This document shows positions 7,356-17,001 of a DNA stretch of 64,000 bases, one piece after another. Position 1 is the first letter of the stretch. The number at the start of each line of letters is the position of its first letter. Where the stretch lies: assembly GCA_023666145.1 (NCBI GenBank), contig JAMPCO010000002.1, positions 2,023-66,022 of the forward strand. The letters run 5' to 3'. The DNA comes from Prevotella sp. (GTDB lineage: Bacteria; Bacillota; Clostridia; Christensenellales; UBA1242). A program made the position numbers and the translations under genes. The notes beneath the pieces were generated by a model, which did not search any database, was not told the DNA's origin, and saw nothing but the letters and a program-made list of their open reading frames with translations.

Positions 7356-8102
7356 ATGAAGGAATCTTGCCCCAACGCATTTTGTGTGATAAAATGTAAT
7401 ATGGAATTAAACAGTACCTTGCAACGTTGTGGCGAAATGTATTTGAAATTTGATACCAACGGACGTCCCGAATACGGATTCACTTTTAACGCCGACCAAC
7501 GCGCGTTGACCAAATTTTACCACTTGCAAAATCCGTCGTTAATCGATACGGTATCACGCGGGATTAAGCAGATTGAATTACCCATTTGGGACGTACCACA
7601 AACACCAATCATTGCGGACAACCAAGCAATGTTGAACGCGCTGCGTAACAGGCAAGATCCGATAACCGAAAGGACCTTAACCGACTATGCGCAAGGCGGC
7701 ATTCGTGTTGCGAATGGTTGTTTCCAGGGACTGCATGAACTGCTACTGGTCATCCCCAGTAACTATTCTGTGAAATTGGATGAAGACTGCTTTGATCGCC
7801 ACGCCAAAATTGAGTTGGTTCTACCAGCAGAAATGGAACTGAAACAAGTGTTACGTAAATCGAACACAAAAAATAATTCCGTCCACGAAAATTGGACCTT
7901 GGTGGCGCATCGTGATTTTAATTTAACCAATAACCTTGCCCAATCCAGTTACGAAGTCCGCGACTTCCGCCCCACCGATGCACGTTGCCAATTTACCGTA
8001 ACGCACCCTGCTAAATTACAACATTGCGCCGTCAGCCCGAAATTAACAAATTTAAAGATCCGCCCCGACGTCAGTCCGTTATTGGACGAACATACCCGTT
8101 AA
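7356..8102 (+). CDS. Hypothetical protein
   Basis: 248-aa ORF with no motif I recognise. The start is uncertain: alternative ATGs lie at 7401 and 7437, and no clear SD precedes any of them. Confidence 0.5.
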   Translation: MKESCPNAFCVIKCNMELNSTLQRCGEMYLKFDTNGRPEYGFTFNADQRALTKFYHLQNPSLIDTVSRGIKQIELPIWDVPQTPIIADNQAMLNALRNRQDPITERTLTDYAQGGIRVANGCFQGLHELLLVIPSNYSVKLDEDCFDRHAKIELVLPAEMELKQVLRKSNTKNNSVHENWTLVAHRDFNLTNNLAQSSYEVRDFRPTDARCQFTVTHPAKLQHCAVSPKLTNLKIRPDVSPLLDEHTR

Positions 8103-8129
8103 CAACGCAAGCCAGTATAAACTTTGGGG

Positions 8130-8786
8130 CTAATTGTTTGATTGGAGATAATTATTTTCGACCAAATGGTAACTGGCGTCCAATAATGTCTTTAATTGTG
8201 CCATGTCGGTATCTTTGTCTAACAAGACGCTCAGCCAATTTTGCTTGTTCATGTGATAAGCGGGAAAATAATGTTGGTGGTCAATTATAGTTTGAATCTG
8301 CGCCGTCGGCAATTTAAGGTTGATGATAAAGACTTTTTCCTTGCCTGTTAACCCTAATTTTTGGCACGGGATATCCATAACAACCGCATACCACTTTTGT
8401 TTTTTGACGGTTTTGAAAGTACAATATGTGGGAAACTCCGCCCACGGATTGGCGTGCGGCGTATGATAAGTTTGTTCACAATAGGCAATGATGTCACGTT
8501 GCGCGTTACGGCAACACTTTGCCAAAATATCGTCCAATAAGTCATTGACCGCCGCTTTAACCGCACTACCCCCTTCTTTGGCTTGAAACGGCAAAAAATC
8601 ATCATTGAAAGTGCGGTCAATCACCCGCACATCAAAATGCGATGCCGTAATGTGGATGGTGGCCACTAAATTTTTGATCGGTAAATTCCGTTGTAAAAGC
8701 CAACCACCGTCTTGTGCGGTAAAACCATACTCCCGTAACTTTTCCGCAATCGGTTGGTAACTGTGCAAAACATTACTGTAATCCAT
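8130..8786 (-). CDS. MmcQ/YjbR-family protein with an N-terminal extension
   Basis: The C-terminal half (PWAEFPTYCTFKTVKKQKWYAVVMDI...FIINLKL...FPAYHMNKQNWLSVLLD) has the MmcQ/YjbR pattern. I prefer the start MDYSNV at 8786 over the track start at 8852, which runs into the upstream gene. Confidence 0.65.
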   Translation of the reverse strand: MDYSNVLHSYQPIAEKLREYGFTAQDGGWLLQRNLPIKNLVATIHITASHFDVRVIDRTFNDDFLPFQAKEGGSAVKAAVNDLLDDILAKCCRNAQRDIIAYCEQTYHTPHANPWAEFPTYCTFKTVKKQKWYAVVMDIPCQKLGLTGKEKVFIINLKLPTAQIQTIIDHQHYFPAYHMNKQNWLSVLLDKDTDMAQLKTLLDASYHLVENNYLQSNN

Positions 8787-9330
8787 GCTGTTGCTCCTGA
8801 CGGTAATTTTGCAATGAAATGAAAACATGAAAGACAGCAAAGACCAACGCACACAAAATTAACAGGATACTTGCTATCAAAATCCCCGCCACCAAGAACA
8901 GCACCGACGGAATCGTGGACAGCAATAACGTGCGCGCTAAACTTTGATGTTTGCTAAAAATCAGCCAAACCAACCAGTACGCCACAATCAAAATGGTATT
9001 CAAAACAACGTAAATGATTGGTCCCGTAGATAAATAGAAACCAAAAACTGTAGGCGGTAAATTAAACACCATGGTAAACATGACCCCATAGCGCCCAATT
9101 TGTTCCATGATACTGGCAATTTTGTTGGGAGGCTGTGGTTGGTCTTGATTTTTTATAGCGTAAATCAGGTTCGGTAACAACAGCAAGACCACGAACACTA
9201 ACCCCAGATAATTAAACCACCCTGTAATTACCCCATCGGACATCACCATACTGTACCACAGACCCTGGCATGATGTAAAATTGTAACAACTAAAATTCAC
9301 CGGGCAAGAAAACATAAGCCCATGGGCCAC
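8773..9330 (-). CDS. Integral membrane protein, unknown function
   Basis: Several TM segments (LGLVFVVLLLLPNLIYAI, YGVMFTMVFNL, IIYVVLNTILIVAYWLVWLIF, LFLVAGILIASILLILCALVFAVF). The likely start is the internal MVMSDG at 9249, because the longest ORF overlaps the upstream gene. Confidence 0.6.
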   Translation of the reverse strand: MAHGLMFSCPVNFSCYNFTSCQGLWYSMVMSDGVITGWFNYLGLVFVVLLLLPNLIYAIKNQDQPQPPNKIASIMEQIGRYGVMFTMVFNLPPTVFGFYLSTGPIIYVVLNTILIVAYWLVWLIFSKHQSLARTLLLSTIPSVLFLVAGILIASILLILCALVFAVFHVFISLQNYRQEQQHGLQ

Positions 9331-9874
9331 CCAGCAATGCCGTCACCAAATACGCCCGACCACGTACGACATTCGCTGGAGTATCGGTACGCGACGCAAC
9401 ATCACCAAATAAATCGGCGGTAATTTCCCATGGTCGGTCGTAATACGGGCGTACACTCAGTTCCAATGCCGACGGAATACCAATGACCATTAAAAATGTT
9501 ACTGGACCTAAAATCAATTGTTGGACGTTATGTCCGAACTCATGTTTGACGGCATCCGCATCAGTTTCCCCACGGGCAAGCAAAACCGCGCAAAACGAAC
9601 CTGAACGTTTGAGATGATTATTACGGAAATAAGGAACCCCCTGGTAAAAAGACACGGATTGCGAAGATACAACCTTGGCTGCGTCCGAATTAAACGGATT
9701 ATACTTAATCTGCTGCAGATCTTGCCGCAAAGTCGTGTTAAAAATTGAACCGACGCAAACCCCGACATACGACCCCGCAGAAACCAATGTTTGCAAACCC
9801 AGACCCCCAATCGGCCCGTGCATTAAAATGACAACCACGATAGCGATAACCAGCGTTTTCTTGGCTTGTTTCAT
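9290..9874 (-). CDS. Membrane-anchored putative zinc metallopeptidase (HExxH)
   Basis: 194 aa. It has an N-terminal anchor KTLVIAIVVVILM and an HEFGH motif in AVKHEFGHNVQQ. The family was not identified. Confidence 0.55.
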   Translation of the reverse strand: MKQAKKTLVIAIVVVILMHGPIGGLGLQTLVSAGSYVGVCVGSIFNTTLRQDLQQIKYNPFNSDAAKVVSSQSVSFYQGVPYFRNNHLKRSGSFCAVLLARGETDADAVKHEFGHNVQQLILGPVTFLMVIGIPSALELSVRPYYDRPWEITADLFGDVASRTDTPANVVRGRAYLVTALLGGPWAYVFLPGEF

Positions 9875-9930
9875 ACAGTATGATACTATATCACAATGTG
9901 CGCGAATTGTATCACAGTATCCTTAAGTGA

Positions 9931-11646
9931 TTAAGGGTGGATTTTCGCAGTTTGTTGTGATTGAATTTTCTTTTTCATGGTTAAAAAGACGACCCAACAC
10001 ACCAACCCACCAACAGATACGGTTGAAATGATTAAACCAATCGTTTGGATCGCCGTCCCCGTATATTTGAATTGAATAGTGCCCGCCAAGCCATCCGTTA
10101 TCACGCGTGATTTTCCTGTATCGCTTTGCACCACTTTTAATTGCCGCACTGTTCCATCGCCAAGCGTAATCGTAGCGGAATATCCTTGATAGTAAATGAT
10201 GGGTAAGTCGTAATAGGTATTTTCGTCATCGGCAACAAAAGTTATGTCGGTTGTATACGCTTTGCGTTCGTATGCCACCGTTTGGTTTTGTTCATCGAGT
10301 AAATCTGTTGATAACCACCATTTATTTTCCGCATACTTCAATTTCAATGGCACGTATTCAAACAGATTTCCCGTCTCGCCCCGCATGATTCCCTCTTGTG
10401 TTGGATTCTCGATCGTATAAGATTGTTGTAAAAATACCAGCAAGTTATTATAAACTAAACAAAAGATGGCGATAAAACATAATGTCACAACCAATAAGCG
10501 TTGTTTAATTTTGTTTTTGGAATGGAATAAATATTGCAATTCGATAACAAGCGCTATTGACAACATAACCGTCGGGATTGTGTTTAAGCGCCAAGGAAAT
10601 TGCAACATGGCAATTGGTGTCTTTTGCAAATAATGCCAAGGGAATGCCGCCGAAATCACCAAAATTAAAACACCCGAGATAATTAAAAGTTTGTCTAAAA
10701 ATTTAACGGTTGCCAAATTTTCCGCATCTTTTTGCACCAAAAACCTTAACAAAAAAGGAATTAACATGATTGCACCCATGCCGTACACTGAGCCGAAAAA
10801 GAGATCAAATAAACTGTAGGCGGCATCCGTAAGCACCGCCCAACCTTCGGCTACGCAGTAGGTATCCGCAAAATACATTTCCAAAAAACTAAAAATTTGG
10901 TAGGCACCAACAGCCACGAACACAACCAAAGCCAAAAGTGATTTCAACCAAAATTGTCTTTGCTTGCATAAGGTTTTAGCATGGCACAACACAAAGATGA
11001 TTAACACCACCGCGGCAATGACCAATGAAGTCATATGCGAATACAGCAAACCAATAAAACTTATCGAAAGCAGCCACGGCCTGGAATAATTTTCTTTTAA
11101 GAGATTGTAAATTCCCAAGAAAAGCAACAACAGAAAGATGATGCCAACGATTTCGCCGATTGCACCACGGTGAAAAATATCACCAAAAATGTAGGGTGAT
11201 AAGGTAAAAATCGTTGCGCAAATCATTGACCAATTTTTATCGAAAAACTTGCGCGCCAAAAAGAACATGGTCACAGCAATTAAAATGTAAATCGTCAGGA
11301 TAAAACCTAAATAAGTGACTTTCAGCGGTACACCCATTAAAACGAACAAGGCGGGAAGATACAAGAAGATGTCGCCATAAAATAACGAACTGATATACCC
11401 TGCTCCGTTGTACCAATCAGCGTAATACTTAACTGGGAACTGGCCGCCCCGTAAACCGTCGGCAATTGATTGAACCCGACTGGCGTGAAATTTGACATCG
11501 TCAAAATAAATATCACCATTCTTCACCCAGACCGCCAGCGTGCAGAAGATTATCATCAATAAACAGATAGCAAAGGTAAATAACGTTTTGTGCTTGGCTA
11601 AGTGTAAACCCAGTGTTGTCTTAAAATTTTTTTCACTTTTTTCCAT
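9931..11646 (-). CDS. Polytopic membrane protein, GT-C-fold (YfhO/ArnT-like) glycosyltransferase candidate
   Basis: 571 aa with more than 10 TM segments and a soluble C-terminal beta-rich domain followed by a terminal TM. The N-terminal loop FDDVKFHASRVQSIADGLRGGQFPVKYY resembles the acidic first loop of GT-C enzymes. Confidence 0.55.
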   Translation of the reverse strand: MEKSEKNFKTTLGLHLAKHKTLFTFAICLLMIIFCTLAVWVKNGDIYFDDVKFHASRVQSIADGLRGGQFPVKYYADWYNGAGYISSLFYGDIFLYLPALFVLMGVPLKVTYLGFILTIYILIAVTMFFLARKFFDKNWSMICATIFTLSPYIFGDIFHRGAIGEIVGIIFLLLLFLGIYNLLKENYSRPWLLSISFIGLLYSHMTSLVIAAVVLIIFVLCHAKTLCKQRQFWLKSLLALVVFVAVGAYQIFSFLEMYFADTYCVAEGWAVLTDAAYSLFDLFFGSVYGMGAIMLIPFLLRFLVQKDAENLATVKFLDKLLIISGVLILVISAAFPWHYLQKTPIAMLQFPWRLNTIPTVMLSIALVIELQYLFHSKNKIKQRLLVVTLCFIAIFCLVYNNLLVFLQQSYTIENPTQEGIMRGETGNLFEYVPLKLKYAENKWWLSTDLLDEQNQTVAYERKAYTTDITFVADDENTYYDLPIIYYQGYSATITLGDGTVRQLKVVQSDTGKSRVITDGLAGTIQFKYTGTAIQTIGLIISTVSVGGLVCWVVFLTMKKKIQSQQTAKIHP

Positions 11647-11726
11647 GGTAAATTTATCCCAAGTTTATCTTATCCAGCCAAAAGATAGCAAACAAATTTT
11701 TAATTTGGTGATACCGATGACAAAAT

Positions 11727-12093
11727 TGGTGGAGACGCCGGGGATTGAACCCGGGTCCGATTGGAATCATGTTCGTACTTCTACATACTTAGTCGTTAGA
11801 GAATTGCTAACCACCAATTTAACGACAAACTGTTATGGTTAGGGCCGACTTTTGGTGCCGCGTCACGTCACCGTCATGCCGTGGTTACGTTACGCCGTTG
11901 ACTCTTTGTTTGCGAACGGTCGTTGGAAAGAGTTAAAACGTGTCGTTCGCCGATACTTTAACCGCGGTTAAGCAGCCAAAGCATAGGTGTTTGCATTGTT
12001 ATTTGCATTTAATTTTTGCAACCAATTAACGTATGGTTACCCCGCCGGTATGCTTAACGAACCGTCCGCCAACCGTCGAAGCCAATCGCCCCC
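11727..12093 (-). ncRNA. ssrA: tmRNA (SsrA)
   Basis: Minus-strand 5' end GGGGGCGATTGGCTTCGACGG. The 3' end is CCGGGTTCAATCCCCGGCGTCTCCACCA, a tRNA-Ala-like acceptor with G3:U. The internal tag reading frame GCA AAT AAC AAT GCA AAC ACC TAT GCT TTG GCT GCT TAA (12006-11968) gives ANNNANTYALAA. Confidence 0.9.
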
Positions 12094-12120
12094 ACGAAAA
12101 GACCAAAACAGTCCTGTTAT

Positions 12121-12150
12121 ATTATAGCACAGTAACCGATAAAATTGCAA
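12121..12150 (-). promoter_or_regulatory. Promoter of ssrA
   Basis: Minus strand: TTGCAA (12145-12150), 18 nt, then TGC-TATAAT (12121-12126). It lies about 27 nt upstream of the mature 5' end. Confidence 0.6.
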
Positions 12151-12173
12151 CGACATCGTGCATAAACATAGCA

Positions 12174-13673
12174 ATGGTCGATTTACATAATGACGCCTTG
12201 TTAGCATTACCGCCCGAACAACTGTTACCCTACTTGCGCCAAGCCAAATGCGCTGGTGTTGACGAAATATGGTTGTCGGTGTGGACCACCGAATTAGGAC
12301 ATCCGTTAACTGTCATCGCCGAAAAGAAGGCCTTGTTGGATACGCTTGCCAATGACCCGCAATACCCCATTTGTCGCTTGCACGTGGAAGACGCTTGGTT
12401 TTTAAGCACCGATAACATCGACGACCTGCTGGTATTACATCCACACAGCGTTGGTTTGACGTGGAACGATGCAAACCCGTTGGCTGGTGGCGCCCACAGC
12501 CGTAACGGCATCACACCATTGGGCTATCAGATGATACAACGACTGGAAGCCGCCGGAGTGCAAATTGACACTGCCCACCTGAACCGTCGCAGTTTTTGGC
12601 AATTCGCCCATGTAACCACGCGACCATTGATTTGTACGCATACCGCTATGCACGCGGTTCATCGTCATGCGCGCAATCTTAATAACCGTCAAATCCGCGC
12701 CATTATCAATTCAGGCGGTTACATTGGTATCGCCTTAGTTCCGAAATTTTTAACGAAAACCACTACATCTTGTGGTATTTATGATTTAGTAAAACACATT
12801 TCATATTTCAAACGTCATTTTGACGGCACTGCACTCCGTTGGGGAACGGATTTTTACGGTACCGAACAATTACCCGATGGTATCAATGACTATCGCGATA
12901 TAAGGTATTTATTGCAAGCCCAAATTATCGGTTATTCGGTTTTACGCCAGCCCATGCTTGCTTATCAAATCGGGCGTACTACCGCCCCGCGGCGCTTACT
13001 GATTACCGCGGGGATGCACGCCCGTGAATGGATTGGCACGTTAGCCTTACAAACTTGGTTAAAGCAACCGCCGACACCGCCCGACGACCTTTGTATCATG
13101 ATGGTACCATGTTGCAATCCCGACGGCGTACGCTTAGCCACCACGGGCTGCACGCATTTACCCCGCCGCCGCCAAAAATTTCTAATTCACGTCAATCATC
13201 GTTCTCAAGACTTCAGTTTATGGAAAGCCAATCTACACGCGGTCGACCTGAATGTTAATTTTGATGCTGGTTGGGGGCAAGGACGCACCAATTTAACCAC
13301 CACTGCCCCCGCCAATTACATCGGCCCCGAACCGCACAGCGAACCCGAAAACCGCGCTTTATTACGCTTAATCAAAAATTTCCACCCTACCGCCAGCATC
13401 GCATTGCACAGCAAAGGTAAGGTCATTTATTACAGTAGAACGGAAGACCAAGCCACCGCCGAATGTTTGGCAAAACTGACCCAATTTCAAGCCGTATTAT
13501 CCACGGGGTCTTATGGTGGATTAACCGATTATCTCGCCTTACGTCACGGGATTCCGTCTTTCACAGTTGAATTGGGCGACGATGCCTTGGCACACCCATT
13601 GGGCAGTGAACATTTGCCCGCCATTATGCCGTCGGTCAATCAAATCATCAATTATTTTTTCACGGGCGAATAA
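12174..13673 (+). CDS. Fusion protein: M19 dipeptidase-like domain plus M14 gamma-D-glutamyl-(meso-DAP) carboxypeptidase-like domain
   Basis: I set the start at MVDLHND (12174), because the track start at 12033 lies inside ssrA. M19 hallmarks are DLHND and GTDFYG...PDGI. M14 hallmarks are GMHAREWIG (HxxE), DLNVNFD, ALHSKGKVIYY and TVELG. Confidence 0.75.
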   Translation: MVDLHNDALLALPPEQLLPYLRQAKCAGVDEIWLSVWTTELGHPLTVIAEKKALLDTLANDPQYPICRLHVEDAWFLSTDNIDDLLVLHPHSVGLTWNDANPLAGGAHSRNGITPLGYQMIQRLEAAGVQIDTAHLNRRSFWQFAHVTTRPLICTHTAMHAVHRHARNLNNRQIRAIINSGGYIGIALVPKFLTKTTTSCGIYDLVKHISYFKRHFDGTALRWGTDFYGTEQLPDGINDYRDIRYLLQAQIIGYSVLRQPMLAYQIGRTTAPRRLLITAGMHAREWIGTLALQTWLKQPPTPPDDLCIMMVPCCNPDGVRLATTGCTHLPRRRQKFLIHVNHRSQDFSLWKANLHAVDLNVNFDAGWGQGRTNLTTTAPANYIGPEPHSEPENRALLRLIKNFHPTASIALHSKGKVIYYSRTEDQATAECLAKLTQFQAVLSTGSYGGLTDYLALRHGIPSFTVELGDDALAHPLGSEHLPAIMPSVNQIINYFFTGE

Positions 13674-14695
13674 AACATTTCGCCTTCATGACTTTGGAAA
13701 TAAACACCAATAATGTGCGGACGTTTACTGTTAATAATGGTATACGCCGCACGTTTGCGGGCACCACCAATAATGTTACCCGCGACTTTCATATTGGTTT
13801 CAATAAACACATTGTACGCCCGAATCTGTCCCATGTTATCCACCACGGTAATACCATCAAAGTTCAACATCGTGACGAATACATCCGACATGGTGGTTAG
13901 TTTTTGTTCGTTATACTGGTTCGTTTGTGCAAACAATTTAGACAAGTTAATGGGTTCGGTCAACCAGATGCCGTCTTCAAAAAACGCATCGGGTTTATAT
14001 TCTGAGTCCACCACCACGCAAATCGTACCTTCCACCAAGCGCGACACGTTACGGAAAATATTGCGGTACATATTTTTAATTTCTTGCAATTTTTTGGCAC
14101 TGGTACGCAATTTAGAAAAACTGGCATCGACAAACTCTTTAATTTCGTCTTCCCAGTTATTCACCACCCGAATGTCCAACGCAAAATTGACGTTTACCAC
14201 CCGTCCTTTCAAACTGCGCATGGTAATCGTCCAAGTATTTTCCGCGTAAACGTAAATGCCAAACAATTTATTGCTTTTTTCTTGCAACACCTCGGATTTG
14301 AATAAAATGGTTTCCAAGTTTTCGTCTTTGATACTGTTGATAATGCGGAAGATGCCGTATTCGATTTTGTCATCGTTAATCGAAACGTAAACACACCAAT
14401 AAAGGTTACAGAACGGAATCAAACTTTTCAAACGGGAAGCAAACATATTTTCGTTGACATCGTTAAATAATACAATTTTTGTTGCGTTCGGGATACTTTT
14501 TACCACCGCATCAATGTTGTTCGTAAAGAAAATGGCGGGTTTATATTTTTGCCCTTCTTCTTCATAATTCGCGATTTGCGGAAAAAAATTCAAAAAACGG
14601 TTTTGCAATTTTAACGGGAATGTGCCCGAAAATTCTGTCGTTAAAAAATCAACGATTTTGGTCTTAGCATCAATGTAAAAGATATTTTCGTTCAC
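13652..14695 (-). CDS. DAC (DisA_N)-like domain protein with divergent catalytic motifs and an uncharacterised N-terminal domain
   Basis: 347 aa. The C-terminus FDGITVVDNMGQIRAYNVF...GGARKRAAYTII...IGVYFQSHEGEMFY follows the diadenylate-cyclase fold pattern, but with DGI in place of DGA and RKR in place of RHR. The GTG start overlaps the pheT stop (TAGTG). Confidence 0.55.
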   Translation of the reverse strand: MNENIFYIDAKTKIVDFLTTEFSGTFPLKLQNRFLNFFPQIANYEEEGQKYKPAIFFTNNIDAVVKSIPNATKIVLFNDVNENMFASRLKSLIPFCNLYWCVYVSINDDKIEYGIFRIINSIKDENLETILFKSEVLQEKSNKLFGIYVYAENTWTITMRSLKGRVVNVNFALDIRVVNNWEDEIKEFVDASFSKLRTSAKKLQEIKNMYRNIFRNVSRLVEGTICVVVDSEYKPDAFFEDGIWLTEPINLSKLFAQTNQYNEQKLTTMSDVFVTMLNFDGITVVDNMGQIRAYNVFIETNMKVAGNIIGGARKRAAYTIINSKRPHIIGVYFQSHEGEMFYSPVKK

Positions 14696-17001
14696 TATCC
14701 TAGATGTACACTATTTTGTGCCGCGAAGTCAAGAATTTCTTGATGTATTTTATTGATTTCCGTTTTGTCAAGCGTTTTTTCAGTACTAGAAAGGGTGAAG
14801 GTTAAGGTAAATTTATTGCCGTACACCGCTTTCAAGCAACGTTTGGTGACCAACGGCTGGTTATACCGCGACCATAGCGCGTCCAATGTGGCATAAGAAT
14901 CATGCCAAACGAAGGTAAAATCTAATTCGGTTTTGGGAAATTTGGATAAGATTGGGGCTTTCCCCTTTTCGGCATTTTGAAAATTCAGCGCTGACAAATC
15001 CACTTCAAAGCCCACCGCGTTTGCCATGATTTGCGGATGAATCACACCGATACTGCCTAGCACCGCCCCATCACGTAAAATCTGAGCGTGGTTGGTGGGA
15101 TGATAAATCGCAATTTCCTCGCCTTGCATTTGGTACTGAATCGGGGTCCCCAAATGTTCAAATAATGCGGTGACCATTTCACTGACGGCTTTGTAATCCA
15201 TACCAACCGCTACCCCAGCCAGATGTTCGGATTCACTACCGTCTTGGTTGATCACACGCCCAATTTCAAACACACGCACGTTAGTCTGTGTTTTATTCGC
15301 CGCCGCCACGGTCAACATACTGGGTAACATGGTACTGCGGATTTGATGATCATCTTGATTAAAGGGATTGGCAATCGTGGCATAAGACGGTGCCACAATT
15401 CCCAGATGTTTTAACGCTCTGGTATCATACCAGATGTTAGTATGGACTTCACTGAAAGCATATTTCCACGCCAATAAATTTTTCAAAGTGTCTTTGGCTT
15501 GGGTGGCGGGAGCACACGGTACTGGTGCGACTTTCACGGACGGTGCCACGGGCACAATATTTTGATAGCCATAGTTGCGGATAATTTCTTCGACCACATC
15601 GGCTGGTGTGGTAATGTCTTTCCAACGGCGCCATGACGGGACAGTGACCACAATTTTATCCGCGGTAATTTTGGGTTGGAAACCCAAAGCGGTCAATTTG
15701 CGTGTCATCATCGCATCTTGCTGGCTGAAATCTACACCAGTAAAACTGTTGAGCATTTTTTTCGTCACCGTGATTTTCAAAATTGGTTGCTGGGCGGCTG
15801 GGCTGGTTACCCGGGTAAATGCCGATTGCACGGTGGCTTGTGGTGCGTATTGACGGATTAAACGTAAAATCTCGGCCGCCGCCAACCAGTTCAATTCAGG
15901 GTCTAACGCTTTTTCGTAACGCATACTGGCGTCACTACGAATTCCAACGGCAACCGAAGTGCGACGGATGTTGGCAGCGGCAAAGGTTGCCACTTCCAAA
16001 ACTGTATCCGTGGTTGCGGTGGTAATTTCGCTGTTTTTACCACCCATAATTCCCGCCAAGGCGATGGGTTTACCGTTACTCTTAATGAACAACATCTCTT
16101 TGGTAGCGGTGACAACATTGTCTTTCAAGGTTGTAAACTGTGTGCCTGTTTTCACTGTTCCAACACTGATTTTGTCCACTTTTTGCGCATCAAAAGCGTG
16201 CAACGGATTACCGAACGCCAACATAATATAGTTCGTCAAGTCGACCAAGAAACCGTGGCTGTTGTGTCCTAATTTATACAAGCGGTTTTGCATTACATCG
16301 GGCGATGCTACTCCACCGACATTGGCGACTTTGATTGCACCATAGGCTAAACAATGTTCGTTTTCAATTTTGATATCCAGTGGCGGTAACTTGTCGTATT
16401 CATGCACCAGCGCGGTATCAAGTGCTTGTAAGGGTCGGTCAAAGATAACCGCCAATTCACGGGCGATACCGTAATGTCCCCATAAATCGGGACGGTTGGT
16501 AATGCTCTTGTTATCAATATCAATGATGTCATCTTGCAAGCCGTGCAACACTTTGGCAATTGGTGTCCCCAGTTTGGTTTTGGCGGGCAATTCTATGATG
16601 CCCTCGTTTTCGGCTTTGTAGCCCAACTCCGCGTAAGAGCAACACATCCCATAACTGACCGAACCGCGGATTTTGGCGGGTTCAATTTTCGTACCGTCGG
16701 GCATAATCGTGCCAACCGTCGCCACCGCCACCACAATGCCTGCGCGCGCGTTCGGTGCACCACAAACAATGTTCAACGGTTGTTCTTGGCCAATATCGAC
16801 CGTTAATAAATGTAAATGATCACTTTGTGGGTGGGCTTCACAAGTCAAAATTTTACCGACGACGACACTTTCCAAACCACGACCAACAGATATGACCTCC
16901 TCCACTTCACAAGTGATTTGCGTTAATTTGTCCGCAATCTGTTGTGCGGTAATTCCTTGCAAATCAACGTAATCTTTTAACCAATCAATTGAAATTTTCA
17001 T
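14695..17001 (-). CDS. pheT: Phenylalanine--tRNA ligase beta subunit
   Basis: 768 aa. N-terminus MKISIDWLKDYVDL, with tRNA-binding, B3/4 and B5 regions in the usual order. It overlaps the pheS stop by 4 nt. Confidence 0.95.
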   Translation of the reverse strand: MKISIDWLKDYVDLQGITAQQIADKLTQITCEVEEVISVGRGLESVVVGKILTCEAHPQSDHLHLLTVDIGQEQPLNIVCGAPNARAGIVVAVATVGTIMPDGTKIEPAKIRGSVSYGMCCSYAELGYKAENEGIIELPAKTKLGTPIAKVLHGLQDDIIDIDNKSITNRPDLWGHYGIARELAVIFDRPLQALDTALVHEYDKLPPLDIKIENEHCLAYGAIKVANVGGVASPDVMQNRLYKLGHNSHGFLVDLTNYIMLAFGNPLHAFDAQKVDKISVGTVKTGTQFTTLKDNVVTATKEMLFIKSNGKPIALAGIMGGKNSEITTATTDTVLEVATFAAANIRRTSVAVGIRSDASMRYEKALDPELNWLAAAEILRLIRQYAPQATVQSAFTRVTSPAAQQPILKITVTKKMLNSFTGVDFSQQDAMMTRKLTALGFQPKITADKIVVTVPSWRRWKDITTPADVVEEIIRNYGYQNIVPVAPSVKVAPVPCAPATQAKDTLKNLLAWKYAFSEVHTNIWYDTRALKHLGIVAPSYATIANPFNQDDHQIRSTMLPSMLTVAAANKTQTNVRVFEIGRVINQDGSESEHLAGVAVGMDYKAVSEMVTALFEHLGTPIQYQMQGEEIAIYHPTNHAQILRDGAVLGSIGVIHPQIMANAVGFEVDLSALNFQNAEKGKAPILSKFPKTELDFTFVWHDSYATLDALWSRYNQPLVTKRCLKAVYGNKFTLTFTLSSTEKTLDKTEINKIHQEILDFAAQNSVHLG

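Noticed and set aside
12033-12173. N-terminal 47-aa extension of the peptidase ORF as given in the track
   Set aside because: It lies inside the tmRNA gene and its promoter on the opposite strand. The M19 signature DLHND begins right after the ATG at 12174.
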